A stretch of DNA of 64,000 nucleotides from Octopus sinensis (lineage: Eukaryota). This document shows, piece by piece, positions 50,165 through 62,599 of this stretch; the first letter of the stretch is position 1; each line of letters begins with the position of its first letter. The notes beneath the pieces are model-generated. The model was not told the DNA's origin, searched no databases, and saw nothing but the letters and a program-made list of their open reading frames with translations. The stretch is taken from assembly GCF_006345805.1 (NCBI RefSeq), contig NC_043010.1:49600001-49664000 (forward strand). The letters are read 5' to 3'. The translations under genes and the position numbers were made by a program.

Positions 50165-50469
50165 TCTGGCACCTGTGTCGGTGGCACATAAAAAACACCA
50201 TCCGAGCGTGGCCGTCTGGCACCTGTGTAGGTGGCACATAAAAAAACACCATCCGAGCGTGACCGTCTGCCAGCCTCGTCTGGCACCTGTGTCGGTGGCA
50301 CATAAAATCACCCACTACACTCTCGGAGTGGTTGGCGTTAGGAAGGGCATCCAGCTGTAGAAACACTGCCAGATCTGACTGGCCTGGTGCAGACTTCGGG
50401 CTTGCCAGACCCCAGTTGAACCGTCCAACCCATGCTAGCATGGAAAGCGGACGTTAAACGATGATGATG
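50165..50469 (+). mobile_element. Family B RTE-tail element with an internal ~50-60 bp triplication
   Basis: tctggcacctgtgtcggtggcacataaaa occurs three times, followed by the standard tail ending gttaaacgatgatgatga. Confidence 0.85.
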
Positions 50470-51592
50470 AAATATGGACCAATTTATCATCACATGTGAC
50501 CTTTATTTTATAATGATAAGGAGTGGCTTAAAAATGATTTGGCTCCTATTCTATCAGGCCAAATGATTGCATAAAGATTTGAAAGACAGCTTTGTATTTA
50601 ATTAAAGAAATGAGAACTTCACCATGTAATTCACCATGGAAAAGTCTTCTTTTCCAGTGTCAATTTTAGTTCTTTTTCTCTCAAAGTGTGGTGCTCTCAA
50701 AGTCATCTTCAGAATAACCATGATAGCTTATGCTTATTTATTTATTTATTTTAGTCTATGAGAAATGAAGTATTGTTTCAGGTATAGATCCATAAAAAAT
50801 TTTAAAGCAATATTAAGAAAACACAGAACAGGTTATTATTTTTAATTACATTGTCATGGGCTATTGTTGGTAAATTATTAGAGGATCAGGCAAAATATTT
50901 TAATAATGAACCTTTATGGTTTAAATTAAAATCTGGATGGCATCAGTTTTGTTCTTTCATCCTTTTGGGTCAATAAAATTCCAGTCAAGCCCTGGAATTG
51001 ATACTCCCCAACCCTCCAAAAAGTGTAGGCTTGTGACTATGTTAGAAATTGGTTTTCAGTGAAACAAAATGCTGTCTAGGAAAAATAAAATGGAAAAGGC
51101 ATTTGAAATGACAGCTATTAGTTTTTCAATCTTTGTATGATTGCAAATATAAATAAATAAATAAGTTCAATACCTTCATTTTTTTTATAGCAACTTCAAA
51201 GTATTTTATATTCTTTATTTTGTTAAGCCTTCTGTTCCATTTCCAGAAGACTAAATATATTATGTAAATATATATATGTATGTGTGAAGTGCAGAATAAT
51301 AAATTACTTTGAAATAAAGTTACTTGAAGCAACTAACACATGCACACACTGTCTCAAACACTCACATACTTGTGTGTGTATGCGTGTGTCTGTGTGTGTG
51401 TGTGTAGTATGCATGTGTGTGTATATATATATGCTCCTTCAAATGCATGTCTATACTTTGCAAATAGGAATCTGTTTCATCAATCCCATAAGATGGAACA
51501 GGTGCTTGACTCAGGCTATAATCTTATACAGTGTAACATTTAATTCATTTGCAATAATTCAGTGAGAAAGAATATTTACAAAAATAAATAAG

Positions 51593-52100
51593 TAGGCGTA
51601 GGCATGGTTGTGTGGTAAGAAGCTTGCTTCCTGAGCACATAGTTTTTGGTTTGGACCCAGTGTGTGGCATCTTTGGCAAGTGTCTTCTAATATAGAATCA
51701 AGCTCACCAAAGCCTTGTGAATGGATTTGGTTGACGGAAGCTGAAAGAAGCCTGTCATGTGTATGGTAGTATGGTGGTAAGTATCCCTGCCTGTCACGCT
51801 GGAGACTGGGGTTCAATTCCTTGCTGGGGAGGCTCATATTTTTACTGGCATGACCATAGCCTTAGAGCTGAAACATGAAGAAGAGTAAAAGAATGTGTGT
51901 GCGTGTGTTCGTCCCTCACTACTACTTGACCGCCGGTGCTAGTTTGTTTACGTCCCATAACTTAGCGGTTCGGCAAAAGTGACCGATAGAATACGTACCA
52001 GACTTCGAAAAGAAAGTACTGGGGTGGATTCATTCAACTAAAAATTCTTCAAGGCAGTGCTCCAGCACGGCCGCAGTCTAATGACTAAAACAAAAGGAAA
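51593..52100 (+). mobile_element. Family A SINE carrying a tRNA-Asp-headed insert
   Basis: 5' half at 51593-51756 and 3' half at ~51893-52100. Confidence 0.8.
51767..51831 (+). pseudogene. tRNA-Asp(GTC)-derived pseudogene, 5' truncated
   Basis: TAGTATGGTGGTAAGTATCCCTGCCTGTCACGCTGGAGACTGGGGTTCAATTCCTTGCTGGGGAG aligns to metazoan tRNA-Asp from position 8. The 5' acceptor strand is missing, the anticodon stem has a T-T mismatch and the T stem has several wobbles. Confidence 0.85.
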
Positions 52101-52584
52101 GTTTGAACATGAAAAAAAAAAAACACCAGTGATGATACAATATTATATGAATCAAGCAGAACAACTTGCTTTCTTTTTCTCTTGTAATTATTCTTTATGG
52201 TGATTTTAAAGCAACTAAACTAAGAAAATACACCTATTTTTTCTCTTACCACACCAGTTTTAAATATTGGGTGGGGTAATAATTTCTGGCAACTGCGACT
52301 TACGTGTAGGGGACATAACTCAGTTTTGTATTTGTTTTGATTTAATTACCTCATTGTGAAAGTGATAGAAAATTACTAGAGCATTTAATGTCATAAAGCC
52401 GCACTTTCTTACTCTATAATGTATTTAAAACAAAAAGACAAAAAATCTACATCTTCCTGCATTTTTTCTCAAAAATTTTTGGAGTTTTATTAAAGAAAAT
52501 TATTATTTTTATATTTTAATTTTTCAATAATACAGAATAATGAAGCCTCATTTGTTTTCTCCTGTAAATTACAGCTATAATATC

Positions 52585-52655
<71 letters not shown>

Positions 52656-53211
52656 GGGTGTTTTTATAAGGATATTTATTTCTATTACATTGTAGCTTAT
52701 GCATTTCAATGAAAATCAAATGCTTAGATATGTCAATATTTCTTTTCCTGAATATTCTTTTGATGAAAGTTCATGTTGCATTATACTTTGCATTTATACT
52801 AAGTCATTTAATACTATCATGATTAAAGGCTGTTTGCAGTCAAATGGATCTGTGCTGGTACTCAGATCAGTTCACTTCTTAATAACAAAATTTTTAAAAA
52901 ATTACAATTGAAAAAACTTTCCAGTGTTAGTAGTTGTGATAGAGAGAACATATGTAGTGGAAAAATTAAGATAAATATAAATTTCTAAATACACTGGTAG
53001 ACTAACCACGATACTGGAAGCTGACTGGATAATAATAATCTATGTGGAGCTCTAATCTATTTAGTAGTATTCATACATCCTAATGTACACACAAGATAAA
53101 AAGAAAAACGCTTTTCTAAAGAAAATCTTTTCTAATCATGATTGTGGTTTTTAGTTACCAACTGGAACTGCTTTGCTTCAGTTAAAAATATGTTTTGACT
53201 AAAAATTGGTG

Positions 53212-53590
53212 CAGGTGTGACTGTGTGGTTAATAAGCCTGCTTCCCAACAATATGCTCTTTGGTTCAGTGTCACCATGTGGAACCATGGGCAAATGTCTT
53301 CAGACTGACCAATGCCTTGTGAGTGGAGTTGGTAGACAGAACTGAAATATATATATATATACGTGTGTGTGTGTGTGAATCTTTGTATTTGTGTTCTGTT
53401 TGTCCCTGCCATTACCTCTTGACAATTTGTGCTGGTTTCTTTGTATCTTTGTAACATAGTGGTTTGATAAAATAGACCAATAGAATAAGTACCACGCTTG
53501 AAAAATTAGTACTAGGGTCAGTTTGTTTGATAAAGCCCTTCAAGTTGGTGCCCCAGTATGACTGAATCGAGTAAAAGATCAAAGATAAGA
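53212..53590 (+). mobile_element. Family A SINE (degenerate)
   Basis: gcaggtgtgactgtgtggttaataagcctgcttcccaac...gagtaaaaga. Confidence 0.75.
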
Positions 53591-54802
53591 ATGATTAATT
53601 TTCTCTCTGAGGTAACACATATAAAAGGGGTATTTTTTCTCTAATTTTAATTAATTATTTTTTCCTTTTTTGTTTATTTAAGTCACTTTTTGTTATCTAT
53701 ATTATAATTCTGCTTGTTTGTTCATTCACACAGTATGCTTTAGTTTGTTAGAGATAGAGAGAGAGAGAGAGAGGAAGTGGGAGTGAAAGAGATAGCAGAT
53801 AGCCACTGCCACTAACCATGCTGTTACCATAATGGAATTGAAACTAAACATGTAAATAAAAACATTGTGTACATTAATTGCGTATAATGATAAAACATTA
53901 CACAATAAGGAATATGCAATTATATAGTAATTTTGGAGTTTCTGTAGAATTTTAAGTACTAACAAATGATATGTGTACTAAATATTGCATAGATTGTTAT
54001 TGTATATTTTTCTATCATTTATTGCACAAGCAATAATAAGATTTGTATGCAATAAAAATGCAAATCATTGTTTCTTTCTTAAATAGCTCCTCTTAATTTT
54101 TTCATTCCCTGGTATTTCCATGGGCCCGACTAGTTTTTATTAATGCATTCGTGTTCTAAATTATTTTCCACCATCAGTTTAACAATACTGCCTCAGATCT
54201 TTTGAAAATTCATTTCTTTCAGCTCCCTCTGATACAAATTTACAAATTCGGTTAATGAATTTCTTTCTCCAACCCAGTTCTCTTTTTTTTTTTCTTTTTT
54301 TTTTTTTTGCAAATAAATATGAAATTTACTATTAAAACATTACACAATTGCCTTTTTTTCATGTATGAGGAAGCCCATTGTTATCAAACACATGAGAACG
54401 TTTTTGTTTTTAATTTAGTTGAACTCTTTCGAATCCTAATCACCATGGTTCACTATCAACATTGATTAGGTCATTCATTTATTCATCACGCACATATGCT
54501 TATCTGTTTTTGTACATTGATTGATTACATTTTTAAAACATTTAAAATAAAAGCATACTATGAACCTGCATTCTCTTATGCACTTCCTATTGTATTTCTT
54601 CTACCCACTCCCCTGCTTAGTTTACTAATTTTGTATGCAAAAGTCTCACTAATTATCCAATGTTCTTGTTTACAAAAATGTATTCACAAAACGTACCTAA
54701 TTAGATCAACCATTTTATTTATTACGAAGGTGCTAGGTATTTATATTATTTCATCCCTGACAAACTGAAATGAATGGGATTATATATAAATCCTAAAGTG
54801 TT

Positions 54803-55232
54803 ATCTATTACTCGGTTCAGTCATTAGACTGAGGCCATGCTGGGGCACCACATTGAAGAATTTTTAGCTGAATGAATTGACCTCAGAACTTTTTTTTTAT
54901 TTTTCAAACCTGGGTCTTGTTCTATCAATGACCTTTGTTGAACCACTGAGTTATGGGGATATAAACACACCAATAATGCTTGTCAAGCAGTGTTGGGGGA
55001 CAAAACACATACAAACACACACACAGATATATGTGTATGTGTGTGTGTGTGTATATATATATAATATATATATATATACACATACATACATACAACAAGC
55101 TTCTCTCAGTTTCCATCTACCAAATCCACTCATAAGGTTTTAGTAGGAGATACTTTCCCAAGGTGCCATGCAGTGGGACTGAACCTGGAACCATGTTGTT
55201 AGGAAGCAAGTTTCTTACCACACAGCCATGTC
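54803..55232 (-). mobile_element. Family A SINE
   Basis: cagtcattagactgaggccatgctggggcacc...ttcttaccacacagccatg. Confidence 0.8.
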
Positions 55233-56405
55233 TGTTATGTTTATTAATTAGTCCAAATTCCTCTGAGAGAGATGAGACTCTGCCTCAGACATGAGCAACT
55301 TTTCTGAGAAGTGGGCCATGATTCATCATCAGTTGGGCCACAATACTTTAAAAATTTAAGTAATTTTTCCTTTTTCAGAAAGTTCTGTGGAATACTGTTT
55401 GCCCTTTATTCTACATGGCTGCTCATCTTGCTAGAACCAATAGCAAATTCACTCTCAGAACGCACACTACTCCCTTAAAAAAGAAAAGGTCACAATTAAA
55501 TTGGTCAATGCAAGAACACCTTTCATCATAGATCTGCTCATTCAGTACTGACCTGGTGTTTAAACTACAACTTTATCAGAAAATACAATGACGATATTGA
55601 GAGATAAGCCTGCTTTAACCGGTCAAAAATTTTTGTTTTTACAATGTAAGGAAGTGCAAAATCTGATTCCAAAATCTCTAACTATAGTATTTATTTCATG
55701 ATATTTTAACTATTTATTTATTCATTTTTTTTTTATTTGTAAGCTAGTTGAAGAAAGAAGAGAATGTTCTGTGACCTTTGCACACTGTTGAGATTGATTT
55801 ATTTAGGCAATGCAAAATTATTGCTTCGAAAAAGGTATTATTGTTAATTTATATCTTAGTTATTCTTGATTCCATGACATGACGTGTAGTACATAAGTCA
55901 TATTATGAAAAATAACTAAAATATAATGTAAGAAAGATGAGAGGAAAAACAGTAGGATATAAAAGTTTCATAGATATTTTTTTGTTGTTTTTTTACAAAA
56001 TCACTTTTGCTTTCTTCCTCTATAGATTTTTTAAACAATTTTCCCTACCTTTTGTATTGTGTTTAAAATAGATGCCCTATTAGCTACTAAATGTGTCAAC
56101 TTTCTTATTATAAATGAAGGTTCTTTAAATTTATCACGTTTTACTTGTGCCAGGAGAGGTGCCACTTTTAGCAATTTATATTGGTAAAATACAGGCTAAA
56201 TGTTTAGTTTTGGATTTCATAGACCCTCATCCATCAAAGTGCCAACTTGGCATAACTATAGTGATATGCTGGGAAAGTATTTACTATGCCAATTGGCCAT
56301 CACAGGACCTATTTCCTATGATAAGTAACTTGGAATGTAAGTTATGCTGTGACATATGTCTACAGAAATCTTACACACACACACATGCGTGTGCATATAA
56401 ATGTA

Positions 56406-56449
<44 letters not shown>

Positions 56450-56459
56450 AAATACAAAA

Positions 56460-56900
56460 TGGGACAAGAGCACAAAATATCCAGACAGTTAGGTGAAACA
56501 AAAAAGGGACAACAAAACATCCAGATAGACGATATAAAGAAAACAAGGACGGGTCATTCAGAGTTTTCTTTCCTCAGTTGAATTCCAGATTATCTTTGTA
56601 ATTTCAGCTGGTTATACTCGAGATTGCTCCAATCTGGCCAGCCCCAAGGAAAGATTAAGCTAAGAGCATTAGATTCCTTGGACAAAAGCAGCGAATGTAT
56701 AGAAAACAAGGACGGAAAAAAATGGAGAATGTTATACAAATGCAAATAACAGGACATAACAACAGGTGTCTTTCGACTAAGGACAAATTAAATTAGGCTG
56801 GCATGCGTGGAAGTAAAGCCTTATGGCAGGGATACAAGATTTCACAGGCACAGGGAGGAATATAGATGTTGCATGGATGGCGGTGGCCGAACCAAGAAAG
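56460..56900 (-). mobile_element. Probable Penelope-like element terminal fragment
   Basis: Non-SINE complex sequence between microsatellites, containing a hammerhead-like relic at 56544-56581. Family assignment is from recall only. Confidence 0.4.
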
Positions 56901-57135
56901 AAAGGTCAGGCTTGGCCAAACACTGGTCATATGGGGTGAGAAGAGAGAGAAGTAGAGGCAGAGGGACAGAAGAAATAAGGAGGGGCGAGAAAAAATGACA
57001 GAGACACAGTGAAGTGAAGAGGAGGGAAAGTGAGCATGAAGAGAAAGCAAGGAAATGTGAGAGGGGGTTAACGAAAGAATGAAGAGTGGAATGAGGGAAG
57101 TAAGCATGAAAGGGCTGATAGAAAGAATAAAAGAA
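56900..57135. repeat. Purine-rich (GA) low-complexity tract
   Basis: Almost entirely A/G on the plus strand. Confidence 0.8.
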
Positions 57136-58321
57136 TAGTCATACAAGATTTAGATAAATATATACTTACACATAAGAGACCAAAGTGTACATACGCCACT
57201 ATAAATATATATATATATTTACTTGTTGAAATAACTTTGCTGGAGTTGGAGTTAAGAGAAGATCCTCTGCTGTGTTTTGAACAGTTATAATAATTCCATC
57301 TTGTGTCCCAATCTGTAGGTTAGACTCACATCTTGCCTAGGGCAGGTGTTAATTTGTTTCTTTAAGTTCCTTAAGAAGGGTTTATTGTTCTTTCTTATTT
57401 AAGGGTGTGTGGTGAATTTGAAGACTGACATCCTTCCTTCCTTGTTGAATTAACAATGTTAAAGTCTCTAAAAATATAATTGCTTTATGAACATCTGTGA
57501 ATTTAAGAAATTTGACAGATCTAGGTAACAGTGTCCAGCAGACAGAAAATTATATGACTTTTAAATTTATTCTACCCCTAGGGTCTTTTCAATATAAACT
57601 TCTATTTTTCACCCTCCCACTTCTCTTTTAACTGCTATATTCTTTCTAAATGCAACTCGGTATTCTGTTAATTAATTAGAAAAATTTTTAATGATAATGA
57701 TCTTATTGTATACAATATTGAGGTGCTCTATAAGTTGTTGGAAAATGGTAGCAAAGAGGACAGAAAGCAGCAATAAGTCAAATAAAGACAGACAACAATG
57801 ACAGCCAAAAGTACATGCTTAGACATAAACTTAAGAAGACAGAAAAATGAACAGTAAAAATGCCATAAAAAGGTGAATAGGAATATCAGTAGTGTTAGAA
57901 AATTTGAGGAAGCAAAGAATTTTTGAAGGACACAATGTCCTGACAGCTATCAACCAATTTCGGTAGTCTATTTGAAGCATTTGCTATTCTGAGCATTCAA
58001 AAATTTTTCCAAAAGTCGTAGAGGCTGTCTTTCAAAGATAATCTCATTGAAATATATTTTCTTTATCAGTGAATGCTGTTATTGTAAAATTAGAATATGA
58101 ATTCTGTTTTACAAAAAATAGTTATTTTTTTCTGAATTTAGGGGAGACTTGAAGCACTTAAACAACCAAACACAACTTTCATTATGTAGGTTTGGCAGCC
58201 AAAACCATATTGTACAATATGAAGTTTGGAATAACAAAGCTTATGAAAAAGAATCATATTGAAACCTACTTATGTATTTATTTCTATTATCAAGTTTATC
58301 AGATATAATTATCTGAATATA

Positions 58322-58357
<36 letters not shown>

Positions 58358-58789
58358 TCTGAAATAATTAAAATATGGAAATCTATAAAGTGCATTGAAA
58401 AAATTCAATGGAAAAATTAAGCTAAAAACATTGATAAAATATCATACCAGGATTGGCAATTAGGATCTTTTATTTAATTTTTACAAGCAATTTAATAAGA
58501 TTATGTTACAATTAAAGGAAACAAGTTTACTTTAGCTAGATAGGCTTTCCATTGGCCTTGGCCAGAGTTGATCATGTGTCTGCACATATATGTATGAAGC
58601 TATGGGCCAGATTTTTTTAGATAAACTGGCAGCTCCCCATGCATGCAGATGTCACCTCTCCATGATACTTCTATTATCCAAGGGAAAAACTCTTGACTTG
58701 GGCCAATACTGCTTAGCACCTAAGTTATCACAGGTATTACTGTCAGAATACAGAGTCAGAAAAGATACTACAATGCATCTGTAGTATTA

Positions 58790-58975
58790 TTTCTGATCCT
58801 CTATCAATTCTACCAATCCCTTAGTCTGGATTGATACTTTTTTTTTTATCAACCTCAGAAGATGAAAGGCAATGTTGATCTTTGCAGGATTTGAACTCAC
58901 AGAGTGCAGAGTCAAAACAAATACTGTGAGACATTCTATACAATACTCTAACAACTCTACCAATTTGTTACCTGA
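58790..58975 (-). mobile_element. Family C SINE
   Basis: gatgaaaggcaatgttgatctttgcaggatttgaactcacag. Confidence 0.65.
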
Positions 58976-60500
58976 ATCAGTGAACTTAAATACAGTAAAA
59001 CCCTTGAAGGGTGCCATTTCATTGGAGTTTATGCTTTCCAGTGAAGAATCCTGCCCAAAATATTAGACATTTCCTCTCCTCATAGGATGCTAATATGCTC
59101 TTTTTCCTTCTTTTACTCTGAAGTTTAAGTTGATTTTTACATGATGTAAAAAAAATAGCTCTTATTTAAGCTAGCTATCATTTGATATTCATTTCTGCGA
59201 GTGGGAGGATGGGGACTGTGCCCATGACTTTTATAGGTTCTCTGAGACAGAATTGATGAAATTGATATTTAGTTTGAACAGTTATGAGTTAATGTCTGTG
59301 GGAAAACAGGGGCCTGAAAGGAATTCCAGTAGTTAGTATGGAAATCTGATGGGAGAAGGAATCATAAAATGGATTAGGAGAGATGGTTGTGATGGGAGGG
59401 CTTTGGTGGAAGTGTTGTGCACTCTGCTATTTTGTAGAGTATAGACTTTTGTAGTAGCAGTAGAAGAGGCAGGGAGATGGAAGTACAATAGAGGGATGGA
59501 GGTTGGAGCTTCTTTGTGAAAGAATTTTTTTCCAGTCATCTGAGTAGCATTCTTTTGAATGCAGTCTAGGTCTATTTATTTATTCATTTATTTATTTGAT
59601 TTAGTTATTGTAACAGTACCATTGTAAATGTGTGAGCAGTGTTCCATTGTAGATCTTATTTGGATCTTACAGGAATGCATTCACATATGAAATGATACAA
59701 AAGATTCATGGTTGATCAAAAGTGCCAATGAATCAACTTTTATTCAAAGCAAAATGTATAAAAACCAATTATGTTTGCTAACAATTGTTTGGTTCAGTTG
59801 AATTTGAAAGATTTTAACTGCTTAACTACTTTGTGTAATCTCTAATCACCTAAAAGGAGATGAGTATTTTTTTTTATGATTAATTTTATTTATTTATTGG
59901 CATTTGTTTCCATGATAGAATGAATTAGGTGATTTTGTAAATTCCAACATTTGCATAAAATATTGAAGCAGGTGCTTCGCAACTAAACAGTTCACTGAAC
60001 TGTGAAGTAAAACATAATCCAATGCTTGTGGCAAGATTAGTAACAATTGCTATGAACCTAAATTTTATAATTATTTAAAACAATTTTTTCTTCTACATAA
60101 AGCTTCTGTTGTGCATATCAGATCACTTTCTATAAATGAAGGAAAGGGACTTTTCTAAACATTTTTTCTTTAATAACAATGCTATGTATTGATTGCAATG
60201 CCTTTGACCAAAAACATTCAAACAATTTTCACCCTCCAAAGCACACCATCACTACATTTTTGTTTCGTCAAATTTTTGGCTTGTTCTTCACAGATGACTG
60301 GCATTTCATGGTTATATTTCTTCAGCTAAACTGTAACTTAACTCAAAGTAAATTACATTTTCTCTTTGCTTCTAACTGCTGCTAAAATTCTCTAAACAAC
60401 ATCTATTACTTTGAAAAGTGCTCTTCATTCAGCACTGTGCTATTGTATCTGTCACTAGTTATGACATATTAATTGTAGTTTTCTGGTCACAATATTCTTT

Positions 60501-60770
60501 ACCTTGGGGTGTCTTTTATTATAACCCTGGGCTGACCAATGCCTTGTGAATGAATTTGGTTGAAGGAAATTGTGTGGAAGCTTATTATATATGTGTGTCT
60601 GTGTTTGTATCTGTTCCCCTCCCCCACTACTTGACAACCAGTGCGTTTAAGTCCCCAAAAGAGACTAAAAAAAAAAGTAACGGAATTGATCTGCTCTGCT
60701 AAAACCCTCCAAGGCTGTGCCCCAGCAAGGTCACAGTCCAGTGACTGAAATAGTAAGAGAGAAAAGATAC
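60501..60770 (+). mobile_element. Family A SINE (5' truncated)
   Basis: ctgggctgaccaatgccttgtgaatgaatttgg...gactgaaatagtaagag. Confidence 0.7.
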
Positions 60771-61397
60771 TCAAAGATTTAGTGACATTTATTATGTCCA
60801 TGATAAATGTTCAAATATGTAAATATTTTCAAGTTCAGTTTTAGTTTTTATTTAGTTTCTCTTGGATTTGGGATTTACAGAATTTTCATGACAATCCACT
60901 CTATCCATTGTTACGTTTAATTAAAACAAGCAGAAAATGTCATTTGAGATTAAGGTTTATTATGCAAAAATATATGATGAGATATTAATCACACCGCTAA
61001 AGTATTATATTACTATTTAAACCACAATTTCAGAAATTTGAATGAAATTAGATATTTATATGATGTATAACAATAGCAATAATTTTGGAGATGTGACTGA
61101 AATAGAATTCTTTGCAAAGAACTACTCTGTTGTGCACAAGAATATTGAATTCTCAGTATTATTGAATTCTGCTAAATTTATTGATATTGTCAAAGGATTT
61201 CTAATTTAATATCCTATCCTAAAGAATTAAAGTTAAAACATCTTACTCTTGATGAGAAAGTTTATTGGCTGAATGGCTTTGTGATATTTACATACAGTGT
61301 AGATTATGTAATTTTCTTTGAATATTAGGTGAGAGGAACTAAAACTACAAATATGTTGGAAAATTCTGACTTACTTTGAGGTAGAACAAATATTTTT

Positions 61398-61738
61398 TGT
61401 GTGGATAAGAAGCTTGTTTTGCAACCATGTGGTTTCAAATTCAAGTTCATTGCGTAACACCCTCGGCAAGTGTCTTCTATAGCCTCTAGCTGACTAATGT
61501 CTGTGAGTGAATTTGGTTGACTGAGACTGTGTGTGTGACTTTGTGTTTATCCCTTCCCCACACTTCACAACTGGTATTGGTGTGTTTATGCCCCCATAAC
61601 TTAGCAGTTCAGCAAGAGACTGATAGAATAAGAACCAGACTTTAAAAAGATAAGTACTGGAGTCTGTTTGACTGTCTTTCAAGGTGGTGCCCCAGCATGG
61701 CCACAGAGATTGGACAAAAATGAATAAAAGAGAAAAGA
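61398..61738 (+). mobile_element. Family A SINE about 310 bp upstream of the 62050 exon
   Basis: ggcaagtgtcttctatagcc...ggtgccccagcatggccacag. Confidence 0.75.
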
Positions 61739-62049
61739 ATTGTTATGAATGACACATTTGTTTCTTGTCGTCATCTTTATTAAGCATTATTCCAGTAATT
61801 TTTTTTATTTTAACTTTTTTTACTTGATTATTTTCAAGCACCTGTCAATTAATTTTACATATTTTTGAAACCTAATTTATCAACTGCACACTGGCTTCAT
61901 TAAATTTTTTTTGCCTTATGTTTACAACCCTTTCACATATAGACAGACACATGTTTATAATGAGTATTTCTTCTTTCAGACATTGTTCTGATAATCAAAG
62001 CTTTTTAAATTAGTTTTTATTTGTTATTCTATTTTTTCCTATTGTGCAG

Positions 62050-62166
62050 AATTTCAAACCCCTTATTGACAAAGTTGGCATAAGTAACAGCCGCCAGAAG
62101 CCTGTTGAATTCTTTGTTGACAGAGAATTATTGGTTACAGATGAAAAAGAAATCATTAATTACAAG
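62050..62166 (+). CDS. KDM3: Next coding exon of the KDM3/JMJD1C-family gene (equivalent to vertebrate coding exon 3)
   Basis: Translates as NFKPLIDKVGISNSRQKPVEFFVDRELLVTDEKEIINYK. It continues directly from WPAL, like KDM3B [30 protein letters not shown] and JMJD1C TFKPLVERNIPSSVTAVEFLVDKQL. Acceptor ttttttcctattgtgcag|AAT, donor AAG|gtaagc. 117 bp, phase 0-0. Confidence 0.93.
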
Positions 62167-62599
62167 GTAAGCTTATTAACTGAAATTATACATGTGTGTG
62201 TGTGTGTGTGCATGTTGTATTATGTATTGATTATACTTTCCACAAGCGTGGTCCATGTCAAAAGTGATGGGGTTTATTTCTGTATCCTTTCAGTAATTCT
62301 CAATCTTTCTACTTCAAGCCTTGTTCCTTTTTTTGTTCTTGTGTTTTGCTTTTGTCTTCCTACAGTTATTCTTAATCTTTTTATTTTGTGCTTTACTTCT
62401 TGTGTTATTTTACTGTACTACTGCTACTACTACTACTACTACTACTACTACTCTCTAAATCACATTGAGCATTGACGTCTTGTGATAATCTTCATCTGCT
62501 TTATTCAGATCGAAGTTGAGCAGTTTCTCTGTGACAGAGAACTTCCTTTGTCTGTTTGACTTGCAATTACTTTGGAAAGTTGGCTCTTTACTTCCTTGC

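Larger units (their letters stand above)
26810..62049 (+). other. 35,240-bp GT-AG intron joining the two KDM3 exons
   Basis: GT at 26810 and AG at 62048-62049. The peptide is contiguous across the junction (WPAL|NFKPL) relative to the vertebrate homologues, so no intervening constitutive coding exon is needed. Confidence 0.85.

Noticed and set aside
50165-50310. Three repeated ~28-bp words with short spacers resembling a CRISPR array
   Set aside because: The spacers are related to each other, the repeats are part of a family B retroelement, the DNA is eukaryotic and there are no cas genes.
51767-51831. Functional tRNA-Asp gene
   Set aside because: The 5' acceptor strand is missing and the anticodon and T stems are disrupted; retained only as a pseudogene.
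55285-55335. Minus-strand CUGAUGA...GAAA as a hammerhead
   Set aside because: Stem II has only 3 bp with a long loop, and no stem III, cleavage triplet or stem I could be built.
57880-58060. Possible mariner C-terminal relic on the minus strand (LEKFLNAQNSKCFK)
   Set aside because: Similarity is too weak, with no catalytic motif or TIR found.
62167-62475. Continuation of the 143-aa ORF beyond NYK
   Set aside because: Homology stops at a canonical AAG|gtaagc donor. The remainder is intronic (GT)n and (CTA)n sequence.
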